64,000 nt of DNA from Candidatus Taenariivivens baikalensis (GTDB lineage: Bacteria; Omnitrophota; Omnitrophia; Omnitrophales; Aquincolibacteriaceae), in the NCBI GenBank assembly GCA_009691445.1, contig SICL01000004.1:30708-94707 (forward strand), given 5' to 3'. The stretch's first letter is position 1. The number at the start of each line of letters is the position of its first letter. Shown one piece after another: positions 10,748-24,721 of the stretch. A model generated the notes under the pieces. That model saw nothing but the letters and a program-made list of their open reading frames with translations, had not been told where the DNA came from and made no database searches. Both the position numbers and the translations under genes were made by a program.

Positions 10748-11571
10748 TTTCGGCGATCCTTCACGATATATTTATTGGTCGATTTATTGCGAGTTCTCGT
10801 CTTAAGACCCTTTGATTTTTGACCCCATGGACTCTGTGGATGATTCCCCCCCTTGGATTTTCCTTCACCACCGCCCATCGGATGGTCCACAGGATTTTTC
10901 GCCACACCACGAGTTGCGGGGCGTCTCCCGAGCCAGCGAGCACGACCCGCTTTCCCGAGTGATATATTTTCATGATCCAAATTCGAGCACTGCCCCACAG
11001 TCGCGTAGGAACGAAGATCTATCATTCGAACCTCGCCGGAAGGCAACTTAACATGCGCATACTTAATTTCCTTGGATAAAATCTGAGCCACGCCGCCCGC
11101 AGACCGGACCAACTTTCCCCCAAGCCCCGGCTGAAGCTCGATATTATGAATAGGCGTTCCTTCTGGAATCATTTTTAGGGGAAGGTGATTTCCAAGCTTC
11201 ACTTCCACACCCTCACCGCTCATCACAGTATCCCCAACCTGCAGGCCATTAGGGCAAAGAATGTAAGTCTTTTCACCATCTTCATACTGAACAAGCGAAA
11301 TGCGCGCGCTACGGTTTGGATCATATTCAATCGTGAGAACTTTAGCCGGTACACTGAAACGGTTTCGGCGAAAATCTAGGATGCGAATCCGGCGCTTGTG
11401 GCCGCGTCCACGCCGGCGCATAGTCATGTGTCCGTGAGCATTCCGACCGCCACTGCGTTTTCTAATTTCCGTCAATGGCTTGTACGGTTTATCCGTGGTC
11501 AGTTCGTTAAAATCAGGAACATTTCCAAAACGACGGGAAGATGTCGTCGGTTTATATTGAATCAAAGGCAT
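10744..11571 (-). CDS. rplB: 50S ribosomal protein L2
   Basis: The 275-aa L2 ORF has [19 protein letters not shown]. Confidence 0.95.
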   Translation of the reverse strand: MPLIQYKPTTSSRRFGNVPDFNELTTDKPYKPLTEIRKRSGGRNAHGHMTMRRRGRGHKRRIRILDFRRNRFSVPAKVLTIEYDPNRSARISLVQYEDGEKTYILCPNGLQVGDTVMSGEGVEVKLGNHLPLKMIPEGTPIHNIELQPGLGGKLVRSAGGVAQILSKEIKYAHVKLPSGEVRMIDLRSYATVGQCSNLDHENISLGKAGRARWLGRRPATRGVAKNPVDHPMGGGEGKSKGGNHPQSPWGQKSKGLKTRTRNKSTNKYIVKDRRK

Positions 11572-11583
11572 AGTTCATTTTCC

Positions 11584-11874
11584 TTAAGTCGTCGTAATAT
11601 CAATTTTTTGACCCTTTTCCAAGGTCACAATCGCTTTTTTCCACTCTGCTGTTTTTCCAGGCTGATAGCGGATGCGTCGCCATTTTCCAAAACTATTAAT
11701 CACATTAACTTTAACAACATGGACATTAAAAATCTTCTCTATCGCCAATTTGACCTGCTTTTTATTGGCAGATTTATGGACGACAAAAGCATATTTTCCA
11801 TCACGTTCGGACTGAACACTGATCTTTTCGGTGATCACAGGCTCGCGTACAATATCATAAATACTTAACTTCAT
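11584..11874 (-). CDS. rplW: 50S ribosomal protein L23
   Basis: The L23 family ORF is 96 aa, between rplD and rplB. Confidence 0.9.
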   Translation of the reverse strand: MKLSIYDIVREPVITEKISVQSERDGKYAFVVHKSANKKQVKLAIEKIFNVHVVKVNVINSFGKWRRIRYQPGKTAEWKKAIVTLEKGQKIDITTT

Positions 11875-11879
11875 GGCAT

Positions 11880-12644
11880 TTAACTCTTCTTGGGTTTCTT
11901 GGCCGTGATTTTTTTGTCAGCCCTACCTTCAGCCGCCGCTACTTTTTTCTTCCGAACTTTCTTAACAACAATTTCCACATCACCACCTTCAGCCGCGCCC
12001 ACTGACGACAACTGACCGTCAAGCACGCGACTTTCAATCGTAGGGATAGCTTCATGCTCGATAACTATTTTTGTCCGTTGCATGACATGATAAGCATTCA
12101 AATTTGAAGCCTCCCGCACGTCAATAACACTCGAGTAATTTTGGCTGGCACGACGAATATTTTCATCCAGTTTATGCACAACACAAAGCGCTCGTTTTCC
12201 ATCCAAGGGAAGACTTTTAAAAATTTGAATCCATTCGCGTGTTTTAGGCGAACCCAACTTAAGATCCTCCACCAAAAAAAGCCCCTTCTGTTCCCCGCGA
12301 AGACTCAGGGCTGAAATCAATGCTTTCTGACGCATCGTTTTGGACAGATTCACAAAATAACTACGCGGATGCGGACCAAACACGGTACCGCCACCTCGCC
12401 AAATCGGAGAACGTATCGAACTATGACGCGCACGGCCAGTCCCCTTCTGCTTCCAAGGCTTTTTGCCGCCCCCACTCACCTCTTTACGCGTTTTCGTATC
12501 ATGCGTTCCACGCCGAAGGTTGGCGCTATAAGCATTTTGAACGAGGTCCAATAAGCGTTGATTGACCCGCGCCGCAAAAACTTGCGGGTTCAACACCACT
12601 TCATCTTTCTTTTGTCCCGCTTTAGAATATAAAATAGCTTTCAT
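11880..12644 (-). CDS. rplD: 50S ribosomal protein L4 with Lys/Ala-rich C-terminal extension
   Basis: The L4 core is about 205 aa and is followed by about 50 aa of K/A/E-rich tail. Confidence 0.9.
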   Translation of the reverse strand: MKAILYSKAGQKKDEVVLNPQVFAARVNQRLLDLVQNAYSANLRRGTHDTKTRKEVSGGGKKPWKQKGTGRARHSSIRSPIWRGGGTVFGPHPRSYFVNLSKTMRQKALISALSLRGEQKGLFLVEDLKLGSPKTREWIQIFKSLPLDGKRALCVVHKLDENIRRASQNYSSVIDVREASNLNAYHVMQRTKIVIEHEAIPTIESRVLDGQLSSVGAAEGGDVEIVVKKVRKKKVAAAEGRADKKITAKKPKKS

Positions 12645-12736
12645 AGTTTTTCTCTTCTTTACCCATTTTAGAGTAAAAGATCCCCTTCAATATAACTTTC
12701 GTTTTTGATTTCCTAACGAAAAACAGATCAGGAATT

Positions 12737-13465
12737 CTACATCGATGCTTCCGACGCACTCCCAGAAGCTTCATCCGGCGAGACGCTCGCCCTAGCAGCC
12801 GCACTGACCGACTTAACTACTTTCCATTTTTTAGGCTTACCCTTTTTAAGGGCGTTTCGAATAATTAAGTAGGTTCCATCATGACCTGGAACGGACCCTT
12901 CAACAAGCAATAAATCATTGTCGGCGTCAATTTTCATAACCTTAAGATTCTGAGTGGTCTGCTGAACATTCCCCATTTGCCCTGGAAGCTTCAACCCCTT
13001 AATAACTCGGGAAGGAAACGCAGAAGATCCAATAGAACCTGGCTCACGGCCCATTTTCGTTCCGTGTGCTTTTTCGCCCCCCTTGTGCCCGTGACGCTTC
13101 ACCACTCCCTGAAATCCTTTTCCAATAGTTACCCCAACGATATCTACAACATCACCCTCTTCAAAATTATTCACTCTGAGCTCGGAACCAACTTCCAGAT
13201 TCTCAATTTCCTTTGTGCGGATCTCGCGAATAAAACGTAATAGAGTATTACCCGATTTGATTAGGTGACCCACCTTAGCCTTGTTGAGATGCTTTGCCTT
13301 CGCCGGCTCAAACCCCAGCTGAACTGCCGTATAACCATCTTTTGTTTCCGTGCGAATCTGCGTCACACAGCAAGGACCGACCCGAAGGACGGTGACCGCT
13401 ATAGCGCGCCCATCCTTATCAAATAACTGAGTCATTCCAACTTTTTTACCTAATAATCCAATCAT
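12737..13465 (-). CDS. rplC: 50S ribosomal protein L3
   Basis: The L3 N-terminus is MIGLLGKKVGMTQ. The ATG at 13465 is preceded by an AAGGA Shine-Dalgarno. The ORF track extends to a TTG at 13486. There is a C-terminal Ala/Ser-rich extension. Confidence 0.9.
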   Translation of the reverse strand: MIGLLGKKVGMTQLFDKDGRAIAVTVLRVGPCCVTQIRTETKDGYTAVQLGFEPAKAKHLNKAKVGHLIKSGNTLLRFIREIRTKEIENLEVGSELRVNNFEEGDVVDIVGVTIGKGFQGVVKRHGHKGGEKAHGTKMGREPGSIGSSAFPSRVIKGLKLPGQMGNVQQTTQNLKVMKIDADNDLLLVEGSVPGHDGTYLIIRNALKKGKPKKWKVVKSVSAAARASVSPDEASGSASEASM

Positions 13466-13513
13466 AATATCCTTGTGATGCGACAAGCCATTCTGAGGAT
13501 GGCAGCCGCGACT

Positions 13514-13828
13514 TTACAATTTAATTTCGACGTCCACGCCAGCAGGGAGGTCAAGCTTCATCAGCGCATCCACAGTCCGCGAAGTCGGCTCTTGAATATC
13601 AAGCACCCTCTTGTGTGTGCGGATCTCAAACTGATCCCTGGCTTTTTTATCAATCGTGGGTCCACGGAGCACTGTTGTTTTCCAAATCTCGGTCGGAAGA
13701 GGTATCGGACCAATCACTTTAGCGCCAGTTCGTTTCGCGGTGGCCACAATTTCATGCACCGACTGGTCCAAAACACGGTGATCATACGCTTTCAATTTAA
13801 TCCGAATTTTTTCTTTAGGTGCTGCCAT
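13514..13828 (-). CDS. rpsJ: 30S ribosomal protein S10
   Basis: The ORF starts [23 protein letters not shown], matching the S10 family. It lies only 17 nt downstream of fusA. Confidence 0.95.
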   Translation of the reverse strand: MAAPKEKIRIKLKAYDHRVLDQSVHEIVATAKRTGAKVIGPIPLPTEIWKTTVLRGPTIDKKARDQFEIRTHKRVLDIQEPTSRTVDALMKLDLPAGVDVEIKL

Positions 13829-13845
13829 AATTGTTCATCGCGGGC

Positions 13846-15939
13846 TTATTTAGCGACCGCATCTCCCATTATCTTTTCTGTAAGCATTTTCGGTACCTGC
13901 TGATAACTGTTCGGCTCCATACTGTAGTTAGCACGGCCCTGTGATAAAGACCGGATCGCCGTGGCATAACCAAACATTTCCGCCAGAGGCACAAGACCCT
14001 TGATAACCTTTAAGTGCCCGCGGTTTGACATCTCCTGAATGACGCATCGGCGCGAGTTAAGATCCCCAATAATATCACCCATGTACTCCTCAGGGACAAT
14101 CACCTCAACAAGCATCACAGGCTCAAGCAAGATCGGGTGAGCTCTTCGGAAGGCTTCTTTAAATCCCAAAATCCCCGCCATTTTAAAAGCAATTTCTGAA
14201 GAGTCAACATCATGATAGCTCCCATCAAAAACAGACGCCTTAACATCCGTAACAGGATAGCCCGCTAAAACCCCGCCCGCACACGCGTCAGTAACTCCGT
14301 CTTCGATCGCTGGAATATATTCGCGGGGAATCACTCCGCCCACAACTTCATTTTCAAATTCATTTCCCGTACCACGCTCAAGAGGCTCAAGGCGAATCCA
14401 GCAATGGCCATACTGACCACGACCACCAGTTTGTTTGATAAATTTTCCTTCAGCCTGAGCCTTACCCGTAATCGTTTCCTTATAAGCCACCTGCGGCTTA
14501 CCAACATTAACTTGAACTCCATATTCACGGCGCATAATATCAACCTTAATTTCAAGGTGTAACTCGCCCATCCCGCCAATCAAAGTCTGCACGGTTTCCT
14601 GATCTGTTCTTACGCGGAATGTCGGGTCTTCTGAAACAAGCCGACCGAGGGCATCCGACATCTTATCACGATCAGCCTTAGTCTTCGGCTCAATCGCCAT
14701 CCAAATAACAGCCTCCGGCACAAAAAGCGACTCTAGAATAATGGGGTTGATTTTTTCGCACAGCGAATCCCCTGTACGCATATCTTTTAAACCTACGGCA
14801 GCAACAATATTTCCAGCACCCGCCTCCTCAATCTCTTCACGCTTATTAGCATGCATCAGAAGCAAACGGCCGATTCTCTCTGTCCTGTTAGTACGCGGAT
14901 TATAAATATAAGAGCTGGATGAAAGAACGCCGGAATAAATACGAATATAGGTCAGAGATCCAACAAATTTATCACTCGCTATCTTAAACGCATAACAGGT
15001 GAGGGGATCCGCTTCTGAAGTCTTTCTTATAATCTCAGACCCATCATCCGGATGCGTTCCCTTAAGTGGCGGCAGATCATTCGGCGCCGGAAGGAAATCC
15101 ACAACCGCATCAAGCAGATGCTGCACACCTTTATTCTTAAGCGAAGATCCGCAAATGATCGGCACTATCTTAATCGCAAGAACACCCTTACGAATTGCGC
15201 GTTTGATTTGTTCCACAGTCGGCTCACGCCCCTCAATAAATTCATGCATAGCCTCCTCGTCAAACTCTGCAACCTTTTCAATCATTTCAGCACGATACTT
15301 CTTGGCCGCCTCCTGATATTCTGCTGGAATTTCTTCCACTTCAAATTTAGCGCCCAGGGTTTCATCCTTAAAAACAATCGCCTTCATATTAATTAAATCA
15401 ATAATGCCCTTAAAATGTTCTTCACGGCCGTACGGAAGCTGAATCGGAACAGGATTAGTTCCAAGCTGATCAATCATCTGCTGAATATTTCTTTCAAACT
15501 CAGCGCCTGTCCGGTCCATTTTATTAATGAAGGCAATACGAGGAACATGGTAACGATCCGCCTGGCGCCACACAGTCTCGGATTGAGGCTCAACGCCTTC
15601 CACTGCACCAAACACAACAACCGCACCATCCAGCACACGAAGAGAGCGCTCAACTTCCATCGTAAAATCAACGTGTCCCGGAGTATCGATAATATTAATG
15701 CGACAATCTCTCCAGAAACAAGTCGTGGCAGCTGAAGTAATTGTGATCCCACGCTCCTGCTCCTGCTCCATCCAGTCCATGACAGCCGTCCCCTCATGAA
15801 CTTCCCCAATTTTATAGGTTCGTCCCGTGTAATAAAGGATGCGCTCCGTCGTAGTCGTTTTACCGGCATCTATATGAGCAGCAATGCCAATATTACGAAT
15901 TTTATCTAGCGGGAAATGGATTTTCTTTTCATCTGCCAT
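13846..15939 (-). CDS. fusA: elongation factor G
   Basis: The 697-aa ORF has the G-domain motifs AHIDAGKTT and DTPGHVDF, and all five EF-G domains. Confidence 0.97.
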   Translation of the reverse strand: MADEKKIHFPLDKIRNIGIAAHIDAGKTTTTERILYYTGRTYKIGEVHEGTAVMDWMEQEQERGITITSAATTCFWRDCRINIIDTPGHVDFTMEVERSLRVLDGAVVVFGAVEGVEPQSETVWRQADRYHVPRIAFINKMDRTGAEFERNIQQMIDQLGTNPVPIQLPYGREEHFKGIIDLINMKAIVFKDETLGAKFEVEEIPAEYQEAAKKYRAEMIEKVAEFDEEAMHEFIEGREPTVEQIKRAIRKGVLAIKIVPIICGSSLKNKGVQHLLDAVVDFLPAPNDLPPLKGTHPDDGSEIIRKTSEADPLTCYAFKIASDKFVGSLTYIRIYSGVLSSSSYIYNPRTNRTERIGRLLLMHANKREEIEEAGAGNIVAAVGLKDMRTGDSLCEKINPIILESLFVPEAVIWMAIEPKTKADRDKMSDALGRLVSEDPTFRVRTDQETVQTLIGGMGELHLEIKVDIMRREYGVQVNVGKPQVAYKETITGKAQAEGKFIKQTGGRGQYGHCWIRLEPLERGTGNEFENEVVGGVIPREYIPAIEDGVTDACAGGVLAGYPVTDVKASVFDGSYHDVDSSEIAFKMAGILGFKEAFRRAHPILLEPVMLVEVIVPEEYMGDIIGDLNSRRCVIQEMSNRGHLKVIKGLVPLAEMFGYATAIRSLSQGRANYSMEPNSYQQVPKMLTEKIMGDAVAK

Positions 15940-15945
15940 ACAAAA

Positions 15946-16413
15946 TTACCACCGGTAATGAGCAAACGCACGGTTCGCTTCAGCCATCTTATGTGTATCC
16001 TCACGCTTCTTATAAGAAGCGCCGGTCTTATTATAACCGTCCAAAATTTCATCCGCGAGCTTTTGCAACATTGGTTTGCCCTTGCGCCCCTTAGCATAGG
16101 TCTGCATCCAGCGAAGAGCTAGAGAACTACTCCGATCCTGACGAACATTAACCGGAACCTGGTAGGTTGCACCGCCGACCCGACGAGATTTTGTTTCAAG
16201 TAAAGGTCGGACATTATCTACTGAGCGCTTGAAAACTTCAAGTGGATCTTTCCCTGTTTTTTCTTTGAGCACATCCAAGGCACCATAGACGATCTTCTGA
16301 GCTGTCGATTTCTTACCCATTTTCATCACAATATTAACAAGCTTCGCCACTAAGTGGTCACCGAACTTAGGATCTGGCAGAGGCTCTCTTTTTTTCGCAC
16401 GTCTTCGTCGCAT
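15946..16413 (-). CDS. rpsG: 30S ribosomal protein S7
   Basis: The S7 family ORF is 155 aa, between rpsL and fusA. Confidence 0.95.
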   Translation of the reverse strand: MRRRRAKKREPLPDPKFGDHLVAKLVNIVMKMGKKSTAQKIVYGALDVLKEKTGKDPLEVFKRSVDNVRPLLETKSRRVGGATYQVPVNVRQDRSSSLALRWMQTYAKGRKGKPMLQKLADEILDGYNKTGASYKKREDTHKMAEANRAFAHYRW

Positions 16414-16422
16414 AGCGTTCCC

Positions 16423-16824
16423 TTATTTTTTCACAGCCACAGCTGGCTTGACTTTAGGTGTTTTAGCTCCGTACTTTGAACGGGATTTATTACGGTCAGC
16501 GACTCCGGTCGCATCCAATTTCCCCCGAACAATATGATAACGAACGCCGGGCAAATCCTTCACACGACCTCCGCGCACTAATACAATGGAGTGTTCCTGT
16601 AAATTGTGTCCAACTCCCGGAATATACGCAGTAACCTCTTCTCCGTTAGTCAACCGAACACGGGCAATTTTCCGAAGCGCAGAGTTGGGCTTTTTAGGAG
16701 TTTGCGTTCGCACGATCAAACAAACCCCTTTACGAAATGGGGCGTTATGAAGAGCCGGCGACTTTGTTTTGTTTTTGAATTTTTTCCGTCCGTACCGAAT
16801 CAACTGATTAATTGTTGGAGCCAT
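16423..16824 (-). CDS. rpsL: 30S ribosomal protein S12 with short basic C-terminal tail
   Basis: The ORF has [10 protein letters not shown]...[10 protein letters not shown]. Its start overlaps the rpoC stop by 1 nt (TAATG). Confidence 0.95.
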   Translation of the reverse strand: MAPTINQLIRYGRKKFKNKTKSPALHNAPFRKGVCLIVRTQTPKKPNSALRKIARVRLTNGEEVTAYIPGVGHNLQEHSIVLVRGGRVKDLPGVRYHIVRGKLDATGVADRNKSRSKYGAKTPKVKPAVAVKK

Positions 16825-19800
16825 TACCTCTTCTCCGTTTTTTCCGCCACAACGGTTTCCACTTGAGATTTTTCAACAACTTCTTCCCGTTGAATCTCGG
16901 GTAGGATTCCATCCAGATTTTTTGTCATTTCGATGTCTTGGTGCTCTTTGAATCCTGTTCCAGCAGGAATCAAGTGGCCCATAATCACATTTTCTTTCAA
17001 GCCACGCAGATCGTCTACTTTTCCCGACGCAGCCGCCTCAGTCAAAACACGAGTGGTTTCTTGAAAGCTTGCAGCTGAAATAAAACTTTCGGTAGTTAAG
17101 GATGCTTTAGTAATCCCCAAAAGAATCGGAGTTGCCTTGGCCGGCTGCTTATCCTTCTTAGTCATTTTATCATTTTCTTCGGCAAATTTAATCTTGTCGA
17201 TATGAGCACCTACAAGAAAATCTGCATCCCCAGGATCATCAATGCGTACTTTGCGTAACATCTGCCGAACAATGGTCTCAACGTGCTTATCGTTCACGCG
17301 CACACCTTGCAACCGATAAACCTCCTGCACCTCATTCACTAGATATTCTTGCAAGCTCCTTTCTCCAGAAACGCGCAAGATATCCTGAGGCACCACAGGG
17401 CCATCAACGAGCTGTTGTCCCGCAACCACCTTGTCACCCTTGTACACGTTCAAATGTTTCCCGTGTGGAATCAGGTATTCTTTTTCCATTCCCGAGGAAC
17501 TCTTTACAATGATCTTGCGTTGCCCCTTGACCACATCGCCGATTTCAACCGTTCCATCAATTTCTGAGATGATAGCGGGATTCTTTGGTTTACGCGCTTC
17601 AAAAAGCTCCGCAACGCGGGGAAGACCACCCGTAATATCTCTTGTTTTTGCAATTTTACGCGGGGTCTTCGCTAAAAGAGACCCTCCCGTGATATCCTGC
17701 CCGTCTTTCACCACAATATGGGCTCCGGTAGGAATCGGGTAGAAAGCAATAATCTCATTATCCTTACCCATGATCAAAAGTTGCGGATGCAACTCTTCAC
17801 GATGCTCAATAATCACGCGCTCCTTCATTCCCGTCGTCGCATCCATCTCTTCGTTCATAGTGACACCCGGCACAACGTCTTCATACCGGACTTTTCCGGA
17901 GACTTCGGTAAGAATTGGGACTGTGTAAGGATCCCACTTCACAAAAATATCATCCTTCTTTACCTTTCCGCCTTCTTTGTTACTAATAATAGCACCGGAA
18001 GGAAGCGTGTAGCGCTCCAATTCGCGTCCAGAAGGGTCATGAATCGTAATGGCGCCATTACGATTAAGCACGATGATTTCATTGTTTTTCGTAATAACAG
18101 TTTTTAAATTATGATACTGCAAAGCCCCCTCATTGCGGGCACGGAAGTAAGATTGCTCCACGATGCGTGACGCTGTACCACCGATATGAAATGTTCTCAT
18201 GGTCAACTGGGTTCCCGGCTCACCAATGGACTGAGCCGCCATAATACCAACCGCCATCCCAAGGTCAACAAGGCGACCACGAGCAAGATCCATTCCGTAG
18301 CATTTAGCACAAATACCTGTTTTAGCTTCGCATGTCAGAACAGACCTAACCCGGATTTTTTCAATCCCCATCTCCTCAACGCGATCCGCCATTTCTTCCG
18401 AAATAATCTCACCATTTTTAATAATTTGCTGATCGGTGACCACATCCACGATATTATCCAGCGGTGTACGGCCCATAATCCGGTCTTTCAGAGGCACAAT
18501 CACTTCTTCCCCTTCATAAACCGGTTCAATATAAATTCCATTGAGCGTTCCGCAATCGATTTCACTCACAATGACGTCCTGAGCCACATCCACCAAACGA
18601 CGGGTCAAGTACCCCGAGTCAGCTGTTTTAAGCGCAGTGTCCGCCAGACCTTTGCGCGCCCCGTGAGTGGAAATAAAATATTCCAGCACGGTTAAACCTT
18701 CCTTGAAATTCGCGGTAATCGGACTTTCAATAATTTCGCCCGATGGCTTGGCCATTAGACCGCGCATACCCGCCAACTGACGAATCTGCTGCTTGGATCC
18801 ACGAGCTCCGGAATCCGCCATCATAAAAATTGGGTTGAAGGATTCAAGCTTTTCGAACATGCTGTCAGAAACACGCTCTGTGGTGTGTGTCCAGATATCA
18901 ATCACCTTGTTGTAGCGCTCACCCTCTGTAATCAAACCATTTTTATACTGGACTTCAATAGCGCTAACATCTTTATGCGCTTCATCAAGCAACTCTTGCT
19001 TGTTATTTGGAATCTGAATATCGTCAATTCCGATGGATACGCCCGCCAAAGTAGCTTCTTCAAACCCGAGCGACTTTAAGCGATCCAGAAGAGCGACGGT
19101 CTCCGAATGGCCAAACTGTCGGTAGCAAGATGAAATGATTTTGGAAAGCCCGCTTTTGTTAATGGGTTTATTAACATAAGCGCAACCCCTAGGGAGGACA
19201 GCGTTAAAAATGATGCGACCCATTGTAGTGTCAACGATCTGACCATTCTCCAATTGGACTTTGCATTTCGCGTGTTTTTCAATTTCGCGATCTCGATAAG
19301 CTAAAAAAGCCTCTTGAAAATTTGAAAATTTAAGCCCTTCACCTTTAGCATTCTCCGCCTGCTTGGTCAGATAATAAATACCAAGCACAATATCCTGCGA
19401 AGGCGTCGCAATTGGCTGGCCACTCGCAGGAGAGAAAATGTTATTAGCCGAAAGCATAATAACGCGAGCTTCCATCTGAGCTTCCATAGAAAGCGGAATA
19501 TGAACCGCCATTTGGTCACCGTCAAAGTCTGCGTTGAAAGCCGTGCAGACAAGAGGGTGGACGCGAATAGCCTTCCCCTCCATAAGCACCGGCTCAAAAG
19601 CCTGGATACCCAAGCGATGCAGGGTCGGCGCACGGTTAAGAAGCACCGGATGCTCCTTGATCACTTCTTCGAGAATATCCCAAACCTCAGGCTTGCCGCG
19701 TTCTACCATTTTTTTCGCTGAACGAATCGTGTGAACATATCCGCGCTCTTTAAGTTTTCGGATAATAAATGGCTCAAAAAGCTCCAGAGCCATCTTTTTA

Positions 19801-20882
19801 GGAAGCCCGCACTGATGGAGCTTAAGCTCAGGTCCAATCACGATCACGGAACGGCCGGAATAGTCTACGCGTTTTCCAAGAAGGTTCTGACGGAAACGAC
19901 CCTGCTTACCCTTCAGCATATCGCTCAGGGACTTGAGCGGACGGTTACCAGCGCCGAGCACGGGGCGCCCATGGCGACCGTTATCAAAAAGCGCATCCAC
20001 AGCTTCCTGGAGCATCCGCTTTTCATTGCGAATAATAACATCAGGGGCTTTCAACTCGAGCAATTTCTTCAACCGGTTATTACGATTAATGACGCGACGA
20101 TATAAATCGTTCAAATCACTTGTAGCAAATCGTCCTCCGTCCAGCGCCACCAACGGACGTAGATCGGGCGGAATCACGGGGACCACATCCATAATCATCC
20201 ATTCCGCGTTATTGCCAGACTTACGGAAGGTATCCACGATTTTTAAAATCTTGATCGCGCGGGCGCGAGATTGTTTGGATTTTGAAACCTTAACCTGTCG
20301 CTGATATTTCTGAGCCATCTTTTCAAGCTCAAGCTCCTTGAGCAGCTCACGAACGGCCTCAGCGCCCATCTTTGCGACAAAACTACTGGAACCATATTGT
20401 TCCTGAGCTTTCACGTAATCTTCTTCTGAAAGAAGCTGCTTTTTCTTGAGCGGTGTCTCTTTTGGATCGATCACAATATATTCTTCGTAATAAAGCACCT
20501 TTTCCAAGGAACGGACGCTCATATCAAGAAGATTTCCGATACGGGACGGCATGGTTTTAAAAAACCAGATGTGGGAAATGGGGGTTACAAGATCAATATG
20601 CCCCATACGCTCACGACGCACTTTAGATTGCGTGACTTCGACGCCGCAACGATCGCAAACAATACCCTTATGCTTGATTCGCTTGTATTTACCACAATTA
20701 CATTCCCAATCCTTGGTGGGCCCAAAAATACGCTCACAAAAAAGACCATCTTTTTCGGGCTTGAGAGTCCGATAATTGATAGTCTCCGGTTTTCTAACCT
20801 CGCCATGTGACCAACTACGAATCACGTCGGGTGAAGCAATCTTAATCGATATGGAATCGAACATATTGATGTCGTAACTCAT
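16824..20882 (-). CDS. rpoC: DNA-directed RNA polymerase subunit beta-prime
   Basis: The 1352-aa ORF has the Zn-binding [23 protein letters not shown] and the [12 protein letters not shown] catalytic motif. Confidence 0.98.
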   Translation of the reverse strand: MSYDINMFDSISIKIASPDVIRSWSHGEVRKPETINYRTLKPEKDGLFCERIFGPTKDWECNCGKYKRIKHKGIVCDRCGVEVTQSKVRRERMGHIDLVTPISHIWFFKTMPSRIGNLLDMSVRSLEKVLYYEEYIVIDPKETPLKKKQLLSEEDYVKAQEQYGSSSFVAKMGAEAVRELLKELELEKMAQKYQRQVKVSKSKQSRARAIKILKIVDTFRKSGNNAEWMIMDVVPVIPPDLRPLVALDGGRFATSDLNDLYRRVINRNNRLKKLLELKAPDVIIRNEKRMLQEAVDALFDNGRHGRPVLGAGNRPLKSLSDMLKGKQGRFRQNLLGKRVDYSGRSVIVIGPELKLHQCGLPKKMALELFEPFIIRKLKERGYVHTIRSAKKMVERGKPEVWDILEEVIKEHPVLLNRAPTLHRLGIQAFEPVLMEGKAIRVHPLVCTAFNADFDGDQMAVHIPLSMEAQMEARVIMLSANNIFSPASGQPIATPSQDIVLGIYYLTKQAENAKGEGLKFSNFQEAFLAYRDREIEKHAKCKVQLENGQIVDTTMGRIIFNAVLPRGCAYVNKPINKSGLSKIISSCYRQFGHSETVALLDRLKSLGFEEATLAGVSIGIDDIQIPNNKQELLDEAHKDVSAIEVQYKNGLITEGERYNKVIDIWTHTTERVSDSMFEKLESFNPIFMMADSGARGSKQQIRQLAGMRGLMAKPSGEIIESPITANFKEGLTVLEYFISTHGARKGLADTALKTADSGYLTRRLVDVAQDVIVSEIDCGTLNGIYIEPVYEGEEVIVPLKDRIMGRTPLDNIVDVVTDQQIIKNGEIISEEMADRVEEMGIEKIRVRSVLTCEAKTGICAKCYGMDLARGRLVDLGMAVGIMAAQSIGEPGTQLTMRTFHIGGTASRIVEQSYFRARNEGALQYHNLKTVITKNNEIIVLNRNGAITIHDPSGRELERYTLPSGAIISNKEGGKVKKDDIFVKWDPYTVPILTEVSGKVRYEDVVPGVTMNEEMDATTGMKERVIIEHREELHPQLLIMGKDNEIIAFYPIPTGAHIVVKDGQDITGGSLLAKTPRKIAKTRDITGGLPRVAELFEARKPKNPAIISEIDGTVEIGDVVKGQRKIIVKSSSGMEKEYLIPHGKHLNVYKGDKVVAGQQLVDGPVVPQDILRVSGERSLQEYLVNEVQEVYRLQGVRVNDKHVETIVRQMLRKVRIDDPGDADFLVGAHIDKIKFAEENDKMTKKDKQPAKATPILLGITKASLTTESFISAASFQETTRVLTEAAASGKVDDLRGLKENVIMGHLIPAGTGFKEHQDIEMTKNLDGILPEIQREEVVEKSQVETVVAEKTEKR

Positions 20883-23800
20883 ACCTTTAGCTTCTCCTTA
20901 GCTTTCTGCTTGCGCTCTTCTGCTTTCTCATCCCCGTCCATCCTCACTTGGGATTTTTCAGGAATAATATCCAAGCCAAGAGATTGAATTTCTTTCACCA
21001 GCACGTTGAAGGATTCAGGGGTTCCAGCATGCAACGCGGGCTCTCCCTTAACAATAGCTTCATAGACACGCGTTCTTCCCACCACATCATCACTCTTTAC
21101 CGTGAGAAGCTCTTGAAGCGTGAATGCCGCGCCGTAGGATTCGAGCGCCCAGACTTCCATTTCTCCAAACCGCTGACCACCAAACTGCGCCTTACCACCC
21201 AATGGCTGCTGAGTCACGAGCGAGTAGGGACCGATGGAGCGGGCATGGATTTTGTCATCCGCTAAATGGGCTAGCTTAAGCATGTAGATATACCCAACCG
21301 TAATTCGACTATCAAATTTATCGCCGGTCCTGCCATCATAAAGCTGAATCTTTCCGTCCAGCGGAAGCTTAGCCTCCCTAAGCATATCCTTAATTTCGTC
21401 CTCACGCGCACCGCTGAATACCGGAGTCATAATTTTCACCCCGAGCACCTTAGCGGCCCACCCTAAGTGAGTCTCTAAAATTTGCCCAACGTTCATACGA
21501 GAAGGAACACCGAGAGGATTAAGAATAATCTCAACGGGCGTTCCATCCGGCAAATACGGCATATCCTCTTCGGGAAGAATCCGGGCAATCACACCTTTAT
21601 TTCCGTGACGACCAGCCATCTTATCTCCCACGGAAATTTTTCGCTTGGAGCAAACATAAACCACAACTTTTTTTATCACGCCCGGAGGAAGCTCGTCGCC
21701 TTTTTTCACGCGCTCAATTTCCTGAGTTCTTTCACTCACAAGCTCGTCAATTTCATCCCCCCAAACACGGGCGATTTTACGAACGCTCTCCTCAAGCTCC
21801 GGCTCATCATCTAAGCGAATGGATTCCCAGTCGCAATTTTCAAATTTCTTAAGATCACTTTTGGCAATAACATGCCCGGTCTTGATTAACACCTCACCCA
21901 AAACTTCATCAACAATATCATCTGAAAGCCGCTTACCAATGATCATTTCTGAAATTTTATTGAGGCGCTCTTTCTTAAGCACATCAATGCGCTCCTGATA
22001 ACGCTCTCTAATAACATCCGCCTCTTTAGTTTCTTGGCGCTTTTCATCACGCGTCTTAGCCATGGATTCGCGACGTTCAAACACTTTCACGTCTACCACA
22101 ATCCCCTCCACACCCGGCGGCACGGTCAAGGAAGCATCACGAACATCTCCAGCCTTTTCACCAAAAATTGCGCGGAGCAGTTTTTCCTCTGGAGAAAGCT
22201 CGGTTTCTGACTTAGGAGTAATTTTCCCGGCCAAAATATCACCAGGACCAACCTCCGCACCAATCCGAATAATCCCGCCCTCATCCAAATCCTTAAGCGC
22301 CTCTTCGCTGATATTCGGAATATCACGCGTAATCTCTTCATTACCAAGCTTTGTATCACGAGCCTCAATCTCAAACTCCTCGATGTGAAGCGACGTATAA
22401 ACATCCTCCTTGGAAAGCCTCTCGCTAAGAATAATCGCGTCCTCGAAGTTGTATCCACGCCAAGGCATAAAAGCGACAAGAACATTGCGCCCAAGCGCCA
22501 ATTCACCCGCCTCAGTCGCAGCGCCATCCGCAATCACATCCCCACGCTTCACTTTTTCACCCACACTAACAATCGGACGCTGGTTGATACAAGTCCCGGC
22601 ATTCGAACGCTCAAACTTTTTTAATCTATACACAAAATCATCCACAACAATTTCATTAGAAGAAACCGCCTTAACGGTTCCCTTAGTCTTCGCTAGCACA
22701 GTTGCTCCAGAATCACGGGCAACATATTTCTCCATTCCGGTTCCAACAAATGGAGACTCGGTAATGAGAAGCGGAACTGCTTGGCGCTGCATGTTCGATC
22801 CCATAAGCGCACGGTTTGCGTCATCGTGCTCAAGAAACGGGATCAAAGACGCCGCGACACTAACGAGCTGGCGCGGAGAAACGTCCATATAATCAATTTC
22901 CTCAGGTTTTCTCTTTGGAAAATCACCGCGAAACCGACAAGATACAACAGCATCCACAAACCGCCCTTTTTCATCGATAGGGGCATTCGCCTGAGCAATC
23001 GTGTATTTGTCTTCCACATCCGCCGTAAGATAATCAATTTTTTCGGTGACACGGCCATTCTCAACTTTACGGTAAGGACTCTCTAAAAAACCAATTGGAT
23101 TAACTCGGGCAAAAGTACTGAGAGATGCAATCAATCCAATATTGGGACCCTCTGGAGTTTCGATAGGACAAATACGACCGTAGTGAGAGGGATGAACGTC
23201 ACGGACTTCAAAACCGGCGCGCTCGCGAGACAAACCGCCGGGACCCAGAGCAGAAAGACGGCGTTTATGCGTTAGCTCCGCAAGCGGATTTGTTTGATCC
23301 ATAAACTGAGAGAGCTGGCTACGCCCGAAAAAATCCTTGATAGCCGCAGAAATAAGCTTGGGATTAATCAGGTTGTGCGGCATAGCGGCATCCAGGTCAT
23401 AAATCGACATGCGCTCAAGACAGGAACGCTTCATGCGGGTAAAACCTACACGAAATTGATTCTGAAGAAGCTCACCCACTGAACGGACACGACGGTTTCC
23501 AAGATGATCAATATCATCAACATTCACCTCGCCGGAGCGAAGCTTTAGAAGGTTTTGGATCACACGCATAATATCATCTTTGCGGAGCGTGGTTTGCTTA
23601 ACCTTGGAATCCAAATTAAGTTTTCGGTTCAACATGAACCGACCCACCTCCCCAAGATCATACCGCTGCGGATCAAAGAAAAGCTTTTCGATCAGATCTT
23701 TCGAGCTCGCTTCGGTCGGGGGATCGCCGGGTCGAATACGTCTATAAATAGCGATCTGAGCATCTTTTGAGTTTTTGTAGGGATCTCGTTCAAGCGTATT

Positions 23801-24646
23801 CACAATAGCGAGGTCATCTTGACCCAACTTAACAGTATGCACCGTATGAATCTTGGCTGCTAAAATCGAAGCAACTATTTCTTTGGTAATCTTAGTGCCA
23901 CCATTCGCTACAGCATCCTTGGTTTCAGGATGAAAAAGGTCTTCTGCTAAATACTCATTATCCCATTTGCGAGCATTGGATTTTGAGATATCATCAATTT
24001 TTTCAACCGAATGAAGCTCCTTCATGATATCCAATGTCGTGGAATAACCCACGGCACGCAGAAGGGTTGTTGCCAAAATCTTACGCCGCCGGTCAATGTA
24101 GGCATATAAGACATCATTAATGTCGGACTCGAATTCAATCCATGCGCCGCGGTAGGGAATAATACGCACACTAAAAATCTTCTTTCCGCTGGGATGAGCA
24201 GACTCTTCCAGAGAAACACCCGGCGATCGGTGCAGCTGACTAACCACGACACGCTCCGCTCCATTAATTACGAAGGTTCCGGTTTCGGTCATAAGAGGAA
24301 GATCGCCGATATAAACTTCCTGCTCCTTAGCAATCGCATTACGAACCAACCTAAGCTTGACCTTTAGAGGAGCCGCGTAGGTCATACCACGACGATGACA
24401 CTCAACCACAGAGTATTTGGGCTTTCCTAGGTTATAACCCACATATTCAAGCTTGCACGAGCCATCAAAACTATCAATCGGAAAGCAATCCCGGAAGGCC
24501 GCTTCCAAACCTTGCGACTTACGGTCACGTGTATTTTCTGTTTGCAAAAAATCGTCATAAGACTTTATCTGAATCTCAACGAGATTGGGCAAACTAATCG
24601 TATCGTGAATCTTGGTAAAACTTTTTCTAACGGCACTTTGAACCAT
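20879..24646 (-). CDS. rpoB: DNA-directed RNA polymerase subunit beta
   Basis: The 1255-aa ORF has conserved rifampicin-region and catalytic segments. It overlaps rpoC by 4 nt. Confidence 0.98.
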   Translation of the reverse strand: MVQSAVRKSFTKIHDTISLPNLVEIQIKSYDDFLQTENTRDRKSQGLEAAFRDCFPIDSFDGSCKLEYVGYNLGKPKYSVVECHRRGMTYAAPLKVKLRLVRNAIAKEQEVYIGDLPLMTETGTFVINGAERVVVSQLHRSPGVSLEESAHPSGKKIFSVRIIPYRGAWIEFESDINDVLYAYIDRRRKILATTLLRAVGYSTTLDIMKELHSVEKIDDISKSNARKWDNEYLAEDLFHPETKDAVANGGTKITKEIVASILAAKIHTVHTVKLGQDDLAIVNTLERDPYKNSKDAQIAIYRRIRPGDPPTEASSKDLIEKLFFDPQRYDLGEVGRFMLNRKLNLDSKVKQTTLRKDDIMRVIQNLLKLRSGEVNVDDIDHLGNRRVRSVGELLQNQFRVGFTRMKRSCLERMSIYDLDAAMPHNLINPKLISAAIKDFFGRSQLSQFMDQTNPLAELTHKRRLSALGPGGLSRERAGFEVRDVHPSHYGRICPIETPEGPNIGLIASLSTFARVNPIGFLESPYRKVENGRVTEKIDYLTADVEDKYTIAQANAPIDEKGRFVDAVVSCRFRGDFPKRKPEEIDYMDVSPRQLVSVAASLIPFLEHDDANRALMGSNMQRQAVPLLITESPFVGTGMEKYVARDSGATVLAKTKGTVKAVSSNEIVVDDFVYRLKKFERSNAGTCINQRPIVSVGEKVKRGDVIADGAATEAGELALGRNVLVAFMPWRGYNFEDAIILSERLSKEDVYTSLHIEEFEIEARDTKLGNEEITRDIPNISEEALKDLDEGGIIRIGAEVGPGDILAGKITPKSETELSPEEKLLRAIFGEKAGDVRDASLTVPPGVEGIVVDVKVFERRESMAKTRDEKRQETKEADVIRERYQERIDVLKKERLNKISEMIIGKRLSDDIVDEVLGEVLIKTGHVIAKSDLKKFENCDWESIRLDDEPELEESVRKIARVWGDEIDELVSERTQEIERVKKGDELPPGVIKKVVVYVCSKRKISVGDKMAGRHGNKGVIARILPEEDMPYLPDGTPVEIILNPLGVPSRMNVGQILETHLGWAAKVLGVKIMTPVFSGAREDEIKDMLREAKLPLDGKIQLYDGRTGDKFDSRITVGYIYMLKLAHLADDKIHARSIGPYSLVTQQPLGGKAQFGGQRFGEMEVWALESYGAAFTLQELLTVKSDDVVGRTRVYEAIVKGEPALHAGTPESFNVLVKEIQSLGLDIIPEKSQVRMDGDEKAEERKQKAKEKLKV

Positions 24647-24721
24647 TCAGAGTCGCCTCCAGAATGAGCGTTTTAACTTAAAATTTTAAAGGCTGCCAGA
24701 TGACAGCATCTTTCCAAGCAA

